From positions 2,129,339-2,193,338 of the forward strand of contig MU061538.1 in NCBI GenBank assembly GCA_013265495.1: a stretch of DNA of 64,000 nt. The letters run 5' to 3'. Below are positions 49,326-62,212 of the stretch, in pieces. The DNA comes from Vicugna vicugna (taxonomy: Eukaryota). Made by a program: the position numbers and the translations under genes. How positions within the stretch are numbered: position 1 is the stretch's first letter; each line of letters starts with the position of its first letter. The notes under the pieces are model-generated. The model did no database searches, was not told the DNA's origin, and saw nothing but the letters and a program-made list of their open reading frames with translations.

Positions 49326-49432
49326 TTTTTTTTTTTTTTTGCTCTTTCTCTCTTTTTTTAATGGAGATATTGGGAATTAAACCTAGGACCTCGTGCATGC
49401 TAAGCACACACTCTACCACTGAGCTCTACCCC
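49326..49432 (-). mobile_element. Camelid-type tRNA-derived SINE
   Basis: Reverse complement reads GGGGTAGAGCTCAGTGGTAGAGTGTGTGCTTAGCATGCACGAGGTCCTAGGTTTAATTCCCAATATCTCC plus an A-rich tail. Same family as 17543-17683. Confidence 0.9.
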
Positions 49433-49773
49433 GCATTCTTTGTTTTTTTAATACAGATTTTTTTTGAGTTATAGTCATTTTACAATGTTGTGTCAAATTC
49501 CAGTGTAGAGCACAATTTTTCAGTTATACATGAAAACATACACATATTCATTGTCACATTTTTTTTTGCTGTGAGCTACCACAAGATCCTGTATATATTT
49601 CCCTGTGCTACACAGTATAATCTTGTTTGTCTATTCTGCATATGCCTTATTGTCATACAAATTTTGAAGTCCCAGTCTATCCCTTCCCACCCCCTGCCCC
49701 CTTGGCAACCATAAGTTTGTATTCTATGTCTATGAGTCTGTTTCTGTTTTGTATTTATGTTCTTTTTTTTTTT

Positions 49774-52700
49774 TTAGATTCCACATATGAGTGATCTCAT
49801 ATGGTATTTTTCTTTCTCCTTCTGACTTACTTCACTTAGAATGACATTCTCCAAGAACATTCATGTTGCTGCAAAAGGTGTTATGTTGTCACTTTTTAAG
49901 GCTGAATAGTATTCCATTGTATAAATATATCACATTTGCTTTATCCAGTCATCTGTTGATGGTCATTTAGGCTGTCTGCATGTCTTGGTTATTGTAAATG
50001 TGCTGCTATGAACATTGGGGTGCAGATGTCTTTTTGAAGTAGGGTACTTCTGGATATATGCCCAGGAGTGGGATTCCTGGGTCATATGGTAAGTCTATTC
50101 CTAGTCTTTTGAGGAATCTCCATCCTGTTTTCCACAGTGGCTGCACCAAACTGCATTCCCACCAGCAGTGTAGGAGGGTTCCCCTTTCTCCACAGCCTCT
50201 CCAGCATTTGTCACTTGTGGATTTTTGAGTGATGGACATTCTGGCTGGTGTGAGGTGATACCTCATTGTAGTTTTGATTTGCATTTCTCTGATAATTAGT
50301 GATGTTGAGCATTTTTCATGTGCCTATTGGTCATTTGTATTTCTTCCTTGGAGAATGGCTTGTTTAGGTCTTCTGCCCATTTTTGGATTGGGTTGTTTGT
50401 TTTCTTCTTATTGAGTCGTATGAGCTGCTTATATATTCTGGAGATCAAGCCTTTGTCGGTTTCACTTGCAAAAATTTTCTTCCATTCCGTAGGTTGTCGT
50501 TTTGCTTTACTTATGGTTTCCTTTGCTGTGCAGAAGCTTGTAAGTTTAATTAGGTCCATTTGTTTATTCTTGCTTTTATTTCTATTGCTTGGGTAGGCTG
50601 CCCTAGGAGAACATTTTTGAGATGTATGTCAGATAATGTTTTGCCTATATTTTTCTCTAGGAGGTTTATTGTATCTTGTCTTATGTTTAAGTCTTTGATC
50701 CATTTTGAGTTGATTTTTGTATCTGGTGTAAGGGAGTATTCTAGCTTCATTGCTTTACATGCTGCTGTCCAGTTTTCCCAACACCATTTGCTGAAGAGAC
50801 TGTCTTTATTCCATTGTATTTCTTGCCTCCTTTGTCGAAGATTAGTTGACCAAAAGTTTGTGGGTTCATTTCTGGGCTCTCTATTCTGTTCCATTGGTCT
50901 ATGTGTCTGTTTTTGTACCAGTACCATGCTCTATATGTAGCTCCATAGTATTGTCTGAAGTCTGAGAGAGTTATTCTTCCAGCCTCTCTTTTTTTCTTCA
51001 GTAAGCTTTGGCAATTCTAGATCTTTTGTGGTTGCATATAAATTTTATTATGATTTGTTCTAGTTCTGTGAAATATGTCCTGGGCAATTTGACAGGGATT
51101 GCATTAAATCTGTAGCTTGCCTTGGGCGGTGTGACCATTTTAACAATATTGATTCTTCCAATCCAGGAGCATGGGATGTCTTTCCATTTGTTTAAGTCTT
51201 CTTTAATTTTCTCCATTAGTGTTTTATAGTTTTCCATGTGTAAGTCTTTCACCTCCTTGGTTATATTTATTCCTAGGTATTTTATTACTTTGGGTGTTAT
51301 TTTAAAGGGGATTGATTCTTTACTTTCTTTTTCTGTTGATTCATCATTATTATAACAAAATACAACTGATTTTTAAACATTGATCTTGTAACCTGCTACC
51401 TTGCTGAATTTTTCAATTACTTCTAGTAGTTTCTGTGTGGACCTTTTAGGGTTTTCTATATATGATATCATGTCATCTGCATATAGTGACACTTTTACCT
51501 CTTCTTTTCCAATTTGGATCCCTTTTATTTCTCTCTCTTGCCTGCTTGCTGTGGCTAGGACTTCCAAGACTATGTTGAATAGGAGTGGTGATAGTGGGCA
51601 GCCTTGTCTTGTCCCAGATTTTAGTGGGAAGCTTTTGAGTTTTTCACCGTTGAGTACTATGGTGGCTGTAGGTTTGTCATATATAGTTTTTATTATGTTG
51701 AGATACGTTCCCTCTATACCTGCTTTGGTAAGAGTTTTTATCAAAAATGGGTGTTGATTTTTATCAAATGCTTTTTCTGCATCTACTGAGATGATCATGT
51801 GGTTTTTGTCCTTTCTCTTGTTGATGTGACGTATTACATTGATTGATTTGCGTATGTTGAACCACCCTTGTGTCCCTGGGATGAACCCACTTGGTCATGA
51901 TGTATAATCTTTTTTATGTGCTGTTGGATTCTATTTCCCAATATTTTGGTGAGGATTTTTGCATCTATGTTCATCAGTGATATTGGTCTATAATTCTATT
52001 TTTTGGTGGTGTCTTTGCCTTGTTTTGGTATCAGGGTGATGGTGGCTTCATAGAATGAGTTTGGGAGTATTCCCTCCTTTTCCATCTTTCTGGAAGAGTT
52101 TGAGAAGGACTGGTATGAGTTCTTTGTATGTGTGGTAGAATTCCCCAATGAAGCCGTCTGTAGGGAGGTTTTTTATTGCTAATTCAATTTCATTTCTAGT
52201 GATCAGTTTGTTCAAGTGGTCAGTTTCTTCTTGATTCAGTCTTGGTGGACTGTATGTTTCCAGAAACTTGTCCATCTCCTCTAGGTTATCCATTTTGGTT
52301 CCATACAGTTTTTCATAATATTCTCGTATGATATTCTGTATTTGTCTGTTATTGTTTGTAATTTCTCCATTTTCCTTTCTTATTTTGCTTATTTGTGCTC
52401 TCTCTTTTTTCTTCTTTGTGAGTTTGGCCAGAGGTTTGTCGATTTTATTTACTTTTTCAAAAAACCAGCTTTTGGTTTGATTGATTTTTTCTCTGTTTTT
52501 TTTTTAAATCTCTATTTTGTTTATTTCCTCCCTGATCCTTATTATTTCTTTCCTTCTGCTGCCTTTTGGGTTTTTTTGCTCTTCTTTTTCTAATTCTTTT
52601 AGCTGGTGGGTTAGATTGTTTATCTGAGATTTTTCTTCTTTTTGAGGAAGGTCTGTATCACTATAAACTTCCCTCTTAGCACTGCCTTTGCTGTGCCCCA

Positions 52701-53467
52701 TAAATTTTGTGTGGCTGTGTTTTCATTTTCATTTGTCTCAACGTATTTTTTAATTTCAACTTTGATTTCATCTTTGACCCACTGGTAAAGATGCTTGAGA
52801 TAATTTCTATCTTCTTAAAATTGTTGAGGCTTCTTTTGTGCCCAAATACATGATCAATCCTAGAAAACGTTCCACGTTCACTTGAAAAGAATGTATATCC
52901 TATTTTTGGGGGGGTGTGTAATGCTCTGAAAATATCCACCAAATCTAATTTTTCTATTGTATCATTTAATTTCTCTGTTGCCTTATTTATTTTCTGTCTG
53001 GAAGATCTGTCTAGTGCTGTTAATGTGGTGTTAAAATCTCCGACAATGATTGTATTCCCATCAATTTCCCCATTTATCTCTGTTAGTAACTGTTTTATGT
53101 ACTTAGGTGCTCCTATATTGGGTGCATATATATTAATGAGTGTAATATCCTCATCTTGTATCACTCCTTTAATCATTATAAAATGTCCTTCTTTATCTTT
53201 CTTTATGGCCTTTGTTTTAAAGTTTATTTTGTCTGAAATCAGTACTGCTACACCTGCTTTTTTGGCTTTTCCATTTGCATGGAATATCCTTTTCCTTCCT
53301 TTCACTCTCAGTCTGTATGTGTCCTTCTCCCTAAAATGTGTCTCTTGTATGCAGCATATTGAAGGTTCTTGCTTTATTATCCAGTCTGCCACTCTCCATC
53401 TTTTGATTGGTGCATGTAGTCCATTAACATTTACAGTAATTAATGATAGATGTGTGTTTATTGCCAT
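49774..53467 (-). pseudogene. L1 ORF2p (APE endonuclease + reverse transcriptase), frameshifted and deleted
   Basis: Fragments [55 protein letters not shown] and [18 protein letters not shown] are spread over several frames. Confidence 0.95.
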
Positions 53468-53881
53468 TTTGAACTTATTTTTGCAGTTGATTTGGTATTT
53501 CCTCTTTGTTCCTTTCTTCTTCCTTTTGTGGTTTGGTAATTTTCCTTTGCATTATCTTGGATTTTATTTAGTTTTTGTGACTCACTTGTAGGTTTTTGGC
53601 TTGTGGTTACCCTTTTTTGTAAGTCTATTAACCCATTACTAGAACTGTTTGTATTAAACAGGTAGTAATATAAGCTCAAATCCATCCCACCGAGAACAAA
53701 AAATTTAAAAAAGAAAAAAAAGTACTCTATTACTCTATATTTTCTTTCTTCCCTCTCCCACTCTTTATGATTTAGATGCCTTCTTTTACAATTTTGTGTT
53801 TATTCTATTTGTAATTCATGATAGTTATCACCTTTCCATTTATGAGTTTGTCATTTTTGTAGCATCCTGCTTCTTTTCTAT

Positions 53882-54775
53882 TTAGAGTAGACCTGTCAAT
53901 ATTTCTTTTAGCATTGGTTTATTGTTGCTAAACTCTTCCAGTTTTTGCTTGTCTGTGAAATTCTTTATCTCTCCTTCTATTCTAAAGGATAGCCTTGCTG
54001 GATAGAGTATCCTAGGCTGCATCTGTTTTTCATTTAGGACTTTGAATATATCTTGCCACTCCCTTCTGGCCTGTAGCGTTTATGTAGAGAAATCAGCTGA
54101 GAGCCTTATGGGGGTTCCCTTGTAACTCACTCTTTGTTTTTCTCTTGCTGCCTTTACAATCCTTTCTTTATCCTTGACTCTGGCCATCTTGATTATGATA
54201 TGTCTTGGTGTAGGTCTGTTTCGGTTCTTCCTGTTTGGGACCCTCTGAGCTTCTTGTACTTGGATATCTGATTTCTTATTTAGATTTGGGAAGTTTTCAG
54301 TCATGATTTCTTCAAATACCTTTTCAATCCCTTTTGTTCTTTCTTCCCCTTCTGGAACCCCTATTATGCTTAGATTGGCACCCTTTATATTATCCCTTAG
54401 GTCCCTTATATTGCTTTTTATTTGTTTTTCTCTCAGCTGTTCTGATTGGGTGCTTTCTGTTGTCCTGTCTTCTAGTTCACTTATTCGTTCCTCTGCATTA
54501 TCTAGCCTGCTTTGTACAGCCTTTAGGTCAGCTCTCATCTCAGCAAATGAGTTTACCAACTTTACTTGGCTTTTCTTTATAGCTTCAATTTCATTTTTGA
54601 CATAGTTTATATCTCTAAACACTATCTCTTTTAGTTCCTTCAGTACTTTGATCACTCCTTTTTTGAAATCTTGATCTAGTAGGCCATCAATGTCTATTTC
54701 CTTGATCTTCCTTTCAGGGGATTTCTCTTGCTCTTTTAATTGGGAGTGGTTCCTCTGCTTCTTCATATTGCTCAT
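53882..54775 (-). pseudogene. L1 ORF1p with one premature stop (54080-54082)
   Basis: MSNMKKQRNHSQLKEQ...IIGVPEGEE...RPTPRHIIIKM...LSADFST*TLQARREW...; the frame continues to TAA at 53882-84 (298 codons). Confidence 0.93.
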
Positions 54776-54884
54776 ATCTCTCTGGCACTGTGGCTTATGG
54801 AGTATCAGTTATCTATTGTGGTACTTAAGGAGTTTATTTATTTATCTATCTAAAGCCTATCCAGGAGTAAAACTTTAAAAAGAG

Positions 54885-55560
54885 AGAGAGAATTTTAAAA
54901 GAAGGGAGGAAAAAAAGGTTTGAAAACAATGTATAATCAATAACAGAAGAGCAAGTTGTAGCAGAATAGCAACTGAGTTGAGATGTCTTTTAAAAACCTT
55001 AAAAAAAGGAGAAAAGATCAAAAAACAATATTTGAAACCTGTGTATAATCAATAACAAGAGATCAAAACCAAGAAAAATAAAAATAAAATGAGGTAGATT
55101 TTTAAAAATAATAATAATAAAAATATTTTAAAAGAAAAGTTTTAAAGGGATTAAAACTGGAGACATATACAATTGTTTAAAAAGTAAAATTTTAAAAGGT
55201 AATGGAAAATAGAACAGAATTTTAAAGAGATAAAACAAGAGAGAATTTTAAAAGAAGGGAGAAAAAAAGGTTTGAAAACAGTGTATGATGAATAATAGAA
55301 GAGCAAGTTGAAGCAGAATAGCAATCGAGTTGAGACATCTTTTAAAAACCTTAAAAAATGGATAAAAACCAAAACACAATATTTGAAACCTACGTATAAT
55401 CAATAACAGGTGATCAAAACCAAGAGAAATAAAAATGAAATGAGGTGGATTTTTTAAAATAATAATAATGAAGTTATTTTAAAAGAAATGTTTTAAAGCA
55501 ATTAAAACTGTAGACATATACAATTGTTTAAAAACTAAAGATTGAAAAGGTAATAGATAA
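54885..55560. repeat. ~353-bp tandem duplication in the L1 5'UTR
   Basis: 'agagagaattttaaaagaaggga...' starts at 54885 and again at 55238, and the copies stay colinear. Confidence 0.9.
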
Positions 55561-56270
55561 AAAAAAAGATTAAGAAGAAAAAGGGATGTGTTTCCCTGGA
55601 GACTGCTCTTAATGATTTTATCAAGAAGTCTTTCTGTCTGTGTCCTGTTTCGTGAACTCAGCTTGCTGTTTCCAGAGGCCCTCCATTGGTGCCCTCGTCT
55701 GCGCTGCTCCCAGTGCCTGTCAGCAAGCAGATCATGCCCCCTCCCAGCACTGGGTCAGGTGCTGCTCTCCTTCGTGGCGGGCAGGTGGGTCATTCCCCCT
55801 CCTGATGCCACAGTCAGACGCTGCGCTTGGGTGAGGTAGGCGGGGATCGTGCCCCCTCCCATCACCGTGGTCAGGTGCTGTGTTCCTGCCAGGAAGGCAG
55901 GTGGCCGCCCGCCCTCTCCTGGCACCAGTCGTTCTACTGCTCTGTGCAGCTGTGCACTCCGCCTTGGGTCAGCGTTCTGTAGGCGGGCTCAGGGAAGACC
56001 GTGGAACCGCCCCACCCTGCTCCGTGCCAAAACTCAGCTCCTTGTTTGTCTCGGCAGCATGAGTTCTCTGAGGTACTAGGCTAGAAGGATCCTATCTGCC
56101 TCGGGCTGTAAATAAGTCTCCGTCTGGTCTTTGAGGCTGCTAAACCCTTAGGTACGGATTCAGGTCTCGGCCCTGCCCCTGCCTGGGCACTGCACACAGG
56201 AGGACATGGTGGCTGTGGCTGTGCCCTGCTTCTCTTCTTGCATCTACTCTGTCATCTTGGCCCCATCCCC

Positions 56271-56575
56271 CATTCTTTTTTATGGCTGAGTAGTATTCTA
56301 GTGTGTGTGTGTTTGTGTATAAAATCTCACAACTTCTTTATCCAATCATCTTTTGATGGACATTTATGTTGCTTCCATGTCTTGGCTATTGTAAGTAGTG
56401 CTGCTATGAACATTAGGGTGCATGTATCTTTTCCAATTAGAGTTTTCTTCAGATATATGCCCTGGACTGGGAGTGCTAGATCATATAGTAAGTCTATTTT
56501 TAGTTTTTTAAGTAATCTCCATACTATTTCCCATAGTGGCTGCACCAGATTACATTTCCACCAACAGTGCAGGAG
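56271..56575 (-). mobile_element. Cetartiodactyl L1, 5' remainder of the element at 48355
   Basis: 'cattcttttttatggctgagtagtattc...ccaacagtgcaggag' is the direct continuation of ~49320 and ends at the TSD at 56576-56587. Confidence 0.88.
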
Positions 56576-57434
56576 GAGAAACCCTTAATTTGACGTAATC
56601 AAGTTGCATATTTTGTGTGTATGTGCCTCACGGTTTTGGGTTTGGAAGTTTTGTTGAAGAAATTCTTCCCAACTTTCAAGGTCAAGAGACATTCTCTTGA
56701 ATTTTCTACCATGAACGTTATATCTTTCACATTTAGGCTTTTCATTCATCTAAGCCCACCTTCACATGTAGGGGTTCTGGTGGGGATTCAGTTTTAATTC
56801 TTCCCTGGGAGAATCAATTTCAATTCATGAAGTTACTTGCACTCTAATTTCTCAATTTATTCCTAGGGAGGGATTTTTTTTCTTCTAATAGAGGCAGTTA
56901 TCATTTTTCTCTGAAAAAAGTCTGGTACAGTTTGTACAGAAAATCATAACTCTCATAGCTGGAGCTGCCATTTCTTGTGAAAATACAGTGTCTACTGGTG
57001 ACCTGGCTGTGGCACAATAAATGAGTTTAAAATTTGATTTCTAGCTTAGCAGTTGGAGGGATCATTAAACTTGACATTTTGTTTGAAGTTGGAGCCCTTA
57101 TAAGAACTAAAAATAATTCCAATTTATCCTGTGTCCTAGAATGGTGATTTCATGGCCTATATACAAAACATAATGAGAATGAGACATTCCCAACTCTAAT
57201 TGCAAAAACTTAATTTCAACACAGGAAGGACTGGGGATGTAGAATTACTTCCTTTCCCTTTTATATCTTTGTTTACTGTTTTCAGTAAACACCCTGATTT
57301 TAATTTTTTTCTCTTTCTCATTTTTCTCTTGAGTTCATAAGCCAACCTACCCCCTTTTCTCTCTCCTGATTTGCAGTTAATTGTGAAAAATGGAGAAATT
57401 TGAGTAAGCAAATGTCTGAGCAAGTAGACTTCCC

Positions 57435-60020
57435 CCTTTTATTTTACTGAATCTAACTGAACATGACACATACACAGAAAAATATACAAATCATAAGTTT
57501 ACAGCTCAATGAATTCCACAAAGTGAAGACCTCACACAGCCACCTCCCAGATCAAGAAACAAAAATGACTGACATCTCAGGAGCTGCCTCGGTTCCTTCC
57601 AGCAGTTACCTGCCCCCGCCAGGGGGGGTGCTGTCCAACGTCCAGCACATAGATTAACATTGCCTGATTTTTGAACTTTTATCTAAGGGGACTCAGAATG
57701 TGCAGGACCTTGGTTCCTGTTGTTTACTACGTGTGGGAATTCACCCAAGTGTTGCATGTCAGTATTCCATCCATTTGCACTGCTGTGTGGTGGTCTATCG
57801 TGTAGATATTCCACAACACAATGATCCATTCTGCTGTTATAAACGTTCTTGGTTTCCTGTTTTGGGCTATGGGGGATGGTGCTACTGTGAAATTCTTATT
57901 CATGTGTTTTGGTGAATATATGTGAAATTTTCTACCAAGAGAGAAACTGCTGGGAGAGAAACTGCCAGGAGAGATGGTATGTGTGTATGTTCTGCCAAAC
58001 AATTTTCTAACGTAATTGTACCGGTTCACACTCACTAGCAGTGCACGCGTGTGCTAGAGTCTTCACATCTTTGCTAATGCTTGTCTTGTCTGTCTTTTCC
58101 ATTTACATTCTGGTGGGCGGGGAAGAGTATCTTGCTGTGGTTTTAATTTGCTTTTCTTTGATGACTAACGAAGTCGAGCACCTTTTCACATGCGTACTGT
58201 CCATTGGGTACATTTCTTTTGTGAAGTTCCTATTTTGCTATTATTTATTGGTTTGTCTGTCATTTCCTTATTGATTTATAGGTTGTTAAAATATGTTTTC
58301 AATATCCATCTTTTATGTATTACAAATATCTGCCTCACTCTGTGGCTTGACTTTTTTCTCTCTTAATAGTGTCTTTTTATGAGGAGAGGTTCCTAGTTTT
58401 AATGTAGTTCAGTTTATCATCTTTTTGCTTTATGATTAATATTTTGTGGGTACTGTTTAAGAAACACTTGCCTATTCCAACAGCTGTATCCTCCTAGATT
58501 TTCTTCTAAAAACCTGGTTATTTTATTTCTCATGTTTAGGCCTGTATCCTCCCTGAACTGATTTTTTTGAGTGTGTCTTGTGTAATATAGGTATCAAGAT
58601 GCATTTTACTTTTTATTTGGATATATGTTTGACCAGCATGATTTATTGAAAAGATTATCCTTTCTCCACTGTGTTGCAGTGCCACCTTTGTCACAAAGAG
58701 GTGGCCCCATATAATACATGGGCTTATAGCAGATGCATGACATGACACTCCACCCATCAAGAGATGCAGGTTGTCTCCCCGTTTCCCTCTCCTTGTGAGC
58801 CTTCTCAACAATGGAATATAGTGGGCGCAGCTGCACCAGCTGTGGGCTCAGCCCTAAGATACCTGGCACCTTCTACTTTCGTGCTGCGTAAAGAATCTGA
58901 CTGCTGAGACCGCCGTGCTGTGCGGGAGGCAGAGTGAGCCACACAGAGTCCACAAGGGGGAGAACAGATGCAAATAGCCAATGGCGAGGACTGAGGCCCA
59001 GAAAGATGACTCTGGTCGGCTGTTCCAGCCAGTCCGCTGGTGTTCGGGCCGCTGCAGCTGAAGCCTAGTCACTGCGGAGCAAGGGCGCTGCTCTCTCTTT
59101 GTGCTCCTGACCGGCGTCCACTGGGGAAACTTGTCACATAGTAATGGGCCACTGAGGCACTTCTGCGTTCTGGTCTGTGGGTCTACTTAATGTCCTTGCG
59201 TCACTGCCACCACGTCTTAATGACTGTCACTCTATGACAGGTCCTAGGACCTGGTCACGGAGGTCCTCCAGCTTTCTTCTTCTTCTTTAGGGTCACCTTG
59301 GCCATTTTTGGTCTTTTACATTTTGAAATATGTTTTACAGTCAGTGTTTCAACTTTCAAAACGAACAAACAAACTCACTACTAGGCTTTTTGTTGATACT
59401 GCGTTGAATCTGTAAATCAATATTGGGAGATATTTATAACATTGAGTCTCCCAGTCTATGAACCATGGTATGTATCTCTAGTCATTAGGTCTTACTTAAT
59501 TTCAGTAATGTCTGATAGTTTCCTAGGTATCTGAAGTTTATTAAATTTATTCCTAGGTATTTGAAGTTTCTGATGCTAGTGTGTGTGTGTGTGTGTTTTA
59601 CATTTATTCTCTACTTTTTGCTAATGAATAGAAATACAATTGTTTTTATATATTAGACTTATATTTAGTGATCTTGCAAAGTTCATTCATTGATTCTAGT
59701 AGACTATAGATTCCTTTGGACTTTCTGCATATAAAAATCTCTCATTTGTGAATAATAACGTTCTGTTTCTTATGTTCCATTTGTATGTTTTTTATTACCT
59801 TTTCTTGCCTTATTGTGCTGGCTGGAACCTCTAGTACAATGCTAGTAGGAGTGACAATGGTGAGCATTTTACCTAATGTCCGATTTCTGAAGGAAAGCTC
59901 TCAATGGAGTGTAAATTTTCTTAAGTATTTTGTAGATTATCAGATTACGAAAATTCTTTAATTTCTAATTATAAGAGGTTTTGGTTTTAATCATGAAAAG
60001 ATATTGAATTTGACATTTTG
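57435..60020 (-). mobile_element. Old L1M (MD/ME-like) 3' region, interrupted by an MLT1 LTR
   Basis: 'acagctcaatgaattccacaaagtgaa...cccagatcaagaaaca', 'ccagcatgatttattgaaaaga' and 'ggctggaacctctagtacaatg'. Confidence 0.8.
58720..59160 (+). mobile_element. MLT1 (G/H-like) LTR
   Basis: 'cactccacccatcaagagatg...ctgagaccgccgtgctgtg...ttgtcacatagtaat'. A GC-richer block inside the L1M. Confidence 0.65.
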
Positions 60021-60174
60021 CCACGTTCACTCAGCTGCTAACTAGGGTAAGGTTGGACAAGAGAGATATGAACCAGTAATTATCATTGGAAGTGGGTGTT
60101 GGGGCCAACAGGGCCAACAGGAGAGCCAGAGCAGGCTGGGACTTAACAAGACTTCACACGATTCCAGAAGTGTA

Positions 60175-60255
60175 TCTCACTTACTCTTCCATTCAACAAG
60201 GTGTCATTGAAGGTCTACTGGGTGCTAGTTACAGGAATACAACAGTGTGAGGATA
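60175..60255 (-). mobile_element. L2 3' end fragment
   Basis: 'cattcaacaa...attgaaggtctactgggtgctag'. Confidence 0.5.
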
Positions 60256-60264
60256 GGAATTTAC

Positions 60265-60830
60265 AAGTGCTGGAAAATGGGTCCAGTCTTAGCGCTCGGC
60301 TCCTGGGATGTAACTTCAGAGCCCTTGGAATACCCTTCCAGATAGGAGAGCCTGTTTGCCTGGGGCTCTGGTCACACTGGACAGCCTGACAATGTCATTT
60401 AGGGTGGGGGCTTCGGTCACGTGGTATCAGAAGATCCCCACAGAGCCTGGAATCAGCCACGTGGGTAATTAATTAACCTGTGTGGTGTCTATTGTCGGAG
60501 CTCTGAACCCTCGGCTTGGCTGAGCTCCCCTGGTTGGCAGTAGCCCGTGAGCTCAGCTGCACATTTATGCTGGGAGTGTCATGCTGTCCGGACTCCTGGG
60601 GAGAGGACCGTGACAGCTCTGAGTTTGGACCTCTCCTGGACTTTTCCTTGACTGATGTTAATCTGTAGCCTTTCCCTGTAATACACGGTGACTGTGGCTC
60701 CAACAGCTTTTATGAGCTCAGTCAGTCCTGCTAGTGAATTACTAAACCTGTGGACAATCTCGGGAACCTGGAAACTTACAACTGATGTCAGAAGTGAGGG
60801 TGCTATGCGGACCGTTCCCTCTCACTGGAC
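60265..60830 (+). mobile_element. MER21-like LTR
   Basis: 'gagcccttggaat', 'tgagctcccctggttggca', 'gtcctgctagtgaattactaaacctg' and 'tgtcagaagtgagggtg'. Confidence 0.75.
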
Positions 60831-61264
60831 AGTTGGCTGCCTTTTCAGACAGTGCATGTGAGGGTTCTTACTTGCAGGACCTGGCCATCTAGTGGGAACC
60901 CTTACCACTCAGGGTCACATTTCCCAAATTGTGTCCAGATGGGGGCCACGGACACAAGGATTCTAAGGTCAGATAAACTGCTACAGCCTCCGTCTTCCAC
61001 CCGGGGATCACACCAATGGTTTCCAACCAAGGCCTCTGAGAAAATGTGAGTCTGAGAAGCTGATTGATACGTTTATTTTTCGCAAGCTTTCCCGTTCATA
61101 TCATCATCTAACACCTTTCCTTCTTTATCTAACTTTCTCTACTTAATACCTGGTAATTTATTGGGGAACAATGTTCTGGAAAATGCTGTTCTAGGAGATG
61201 AGAATGGTCGTGACTGGAGCACCGGCCATGTGCTGGTGCCTCGCAGACGGCACCTTATTGCTCC

Positions 61265-61410
61265 TTCGCTGCAGCCCTGCAGGCAGCTACGACCCCTATT
61301 TCACAAATAAGGAAGCCAAGACCCAGCAAGACTAAGTCTGTCTGTGGAGCTGGAGCTGGTGGAAGGCGGTGCTGGGATCCCAGCTCGGGTCTGTCTGCCT
61401 CTAGCGCCTT
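61265..61410 (-). mobile_element. MIR SINE
   Basis: 'cccctatttcacaaataaggaagcc...gctgggatcccagctcgggtctgtctgcctc'. Confidence 0.7.
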
Positions 61411-62054
61411 CCCGTTCATGCAGAGACGGATGCCCAGGCTCCCCAGGAAGTCCCGGGGTGTGCGGTGTGTTTCTGTAAGTAGAGAGTCCACAGCTTTCCT
61501 TAGGTTCTTGAGGCCTGTGACCCAGACAAGGTGAAAAAACACCAGTTCATGCAGACGCTCAGTCATCCGTCCCGAGCGCGCTGTAGGGGCGCTAAGGCCG
61601 CAGGACCCATGCGCCTTCTTCACGTGGGACAGCCTTGGAGGAGGGGTGGCACTCCCCCAGGGACAGAGGCCTTCCTCTGCAGTGCCGCTTCCGTCCCTGG
61701 GGGGAGTTTCTCCATGGAAAGAGCCGGACCTTTCACTCCCCCCCCCGTGCCCCCAAGCATCTGGCAGAGTGGACGGCCAGCCTGTGCGTTATCCCCGGCC
61801 AGCGGTGCGGAGCAGGCGTGCGCGCGGGAGGGCGCAGGGGGCCGGCGCTGGGCTGGACGGGTGGTTGGCCAGGGTTTCGGCAGGGGAGCCTTCCATGGGA
61901 TTTCCTGTGTTTGCTCCACACACAGCTTTGGGTGATTCAATCCTTTGTCACAAGTGGAGTCCCCTCCAAGGGCCGACCCGCCAGGAGCCACACCCGCGCC
62001 CTGAGCCCCTGCAGCGTGCGTGGCCGCTGTGCTCCGGGCACCGCGTGTGTTTCC

Positions 62055-62212
62055 TCCTCATTTATCCTCATAGCCACCTTCTGAACAAAAAAACTGCCGT
62101 AGCTAATATTTCACAGATGAAGAACCTGTCTTCGAGGGGATAAATAGCTCGCTCAAGGTCACTCAGACAGTGAGGCGACGTCCAGGATGGGAGCCGGGCT
62201 GTCCCCGACCTG
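62055..62212 (-). mobile_element. MIR SINE
   Basis: 'ctcatttatcctcatagcc...atttcacagatgaagaa...gctcaaggtcactcag'. Confidence 0.75.

Larger units (their letters stand above)
49442..56270 (-). mobile_element. Near-full-length LINE-1 (~6.8 kb), inactivated
   Basis: 5'UTR, ORF1, ORF2 (EN, RT, CCHC), 3'UTR and A-rich tail are all present. Flanked by 'cattcttt' at 49434 and 56271. Confidence 0.97.

Noticed and set aside
50318..54605. Plus-strand hydrophobic ORFs over the L1
   Set aside because: Antisense shadows of L1 ORF1/ORF2.
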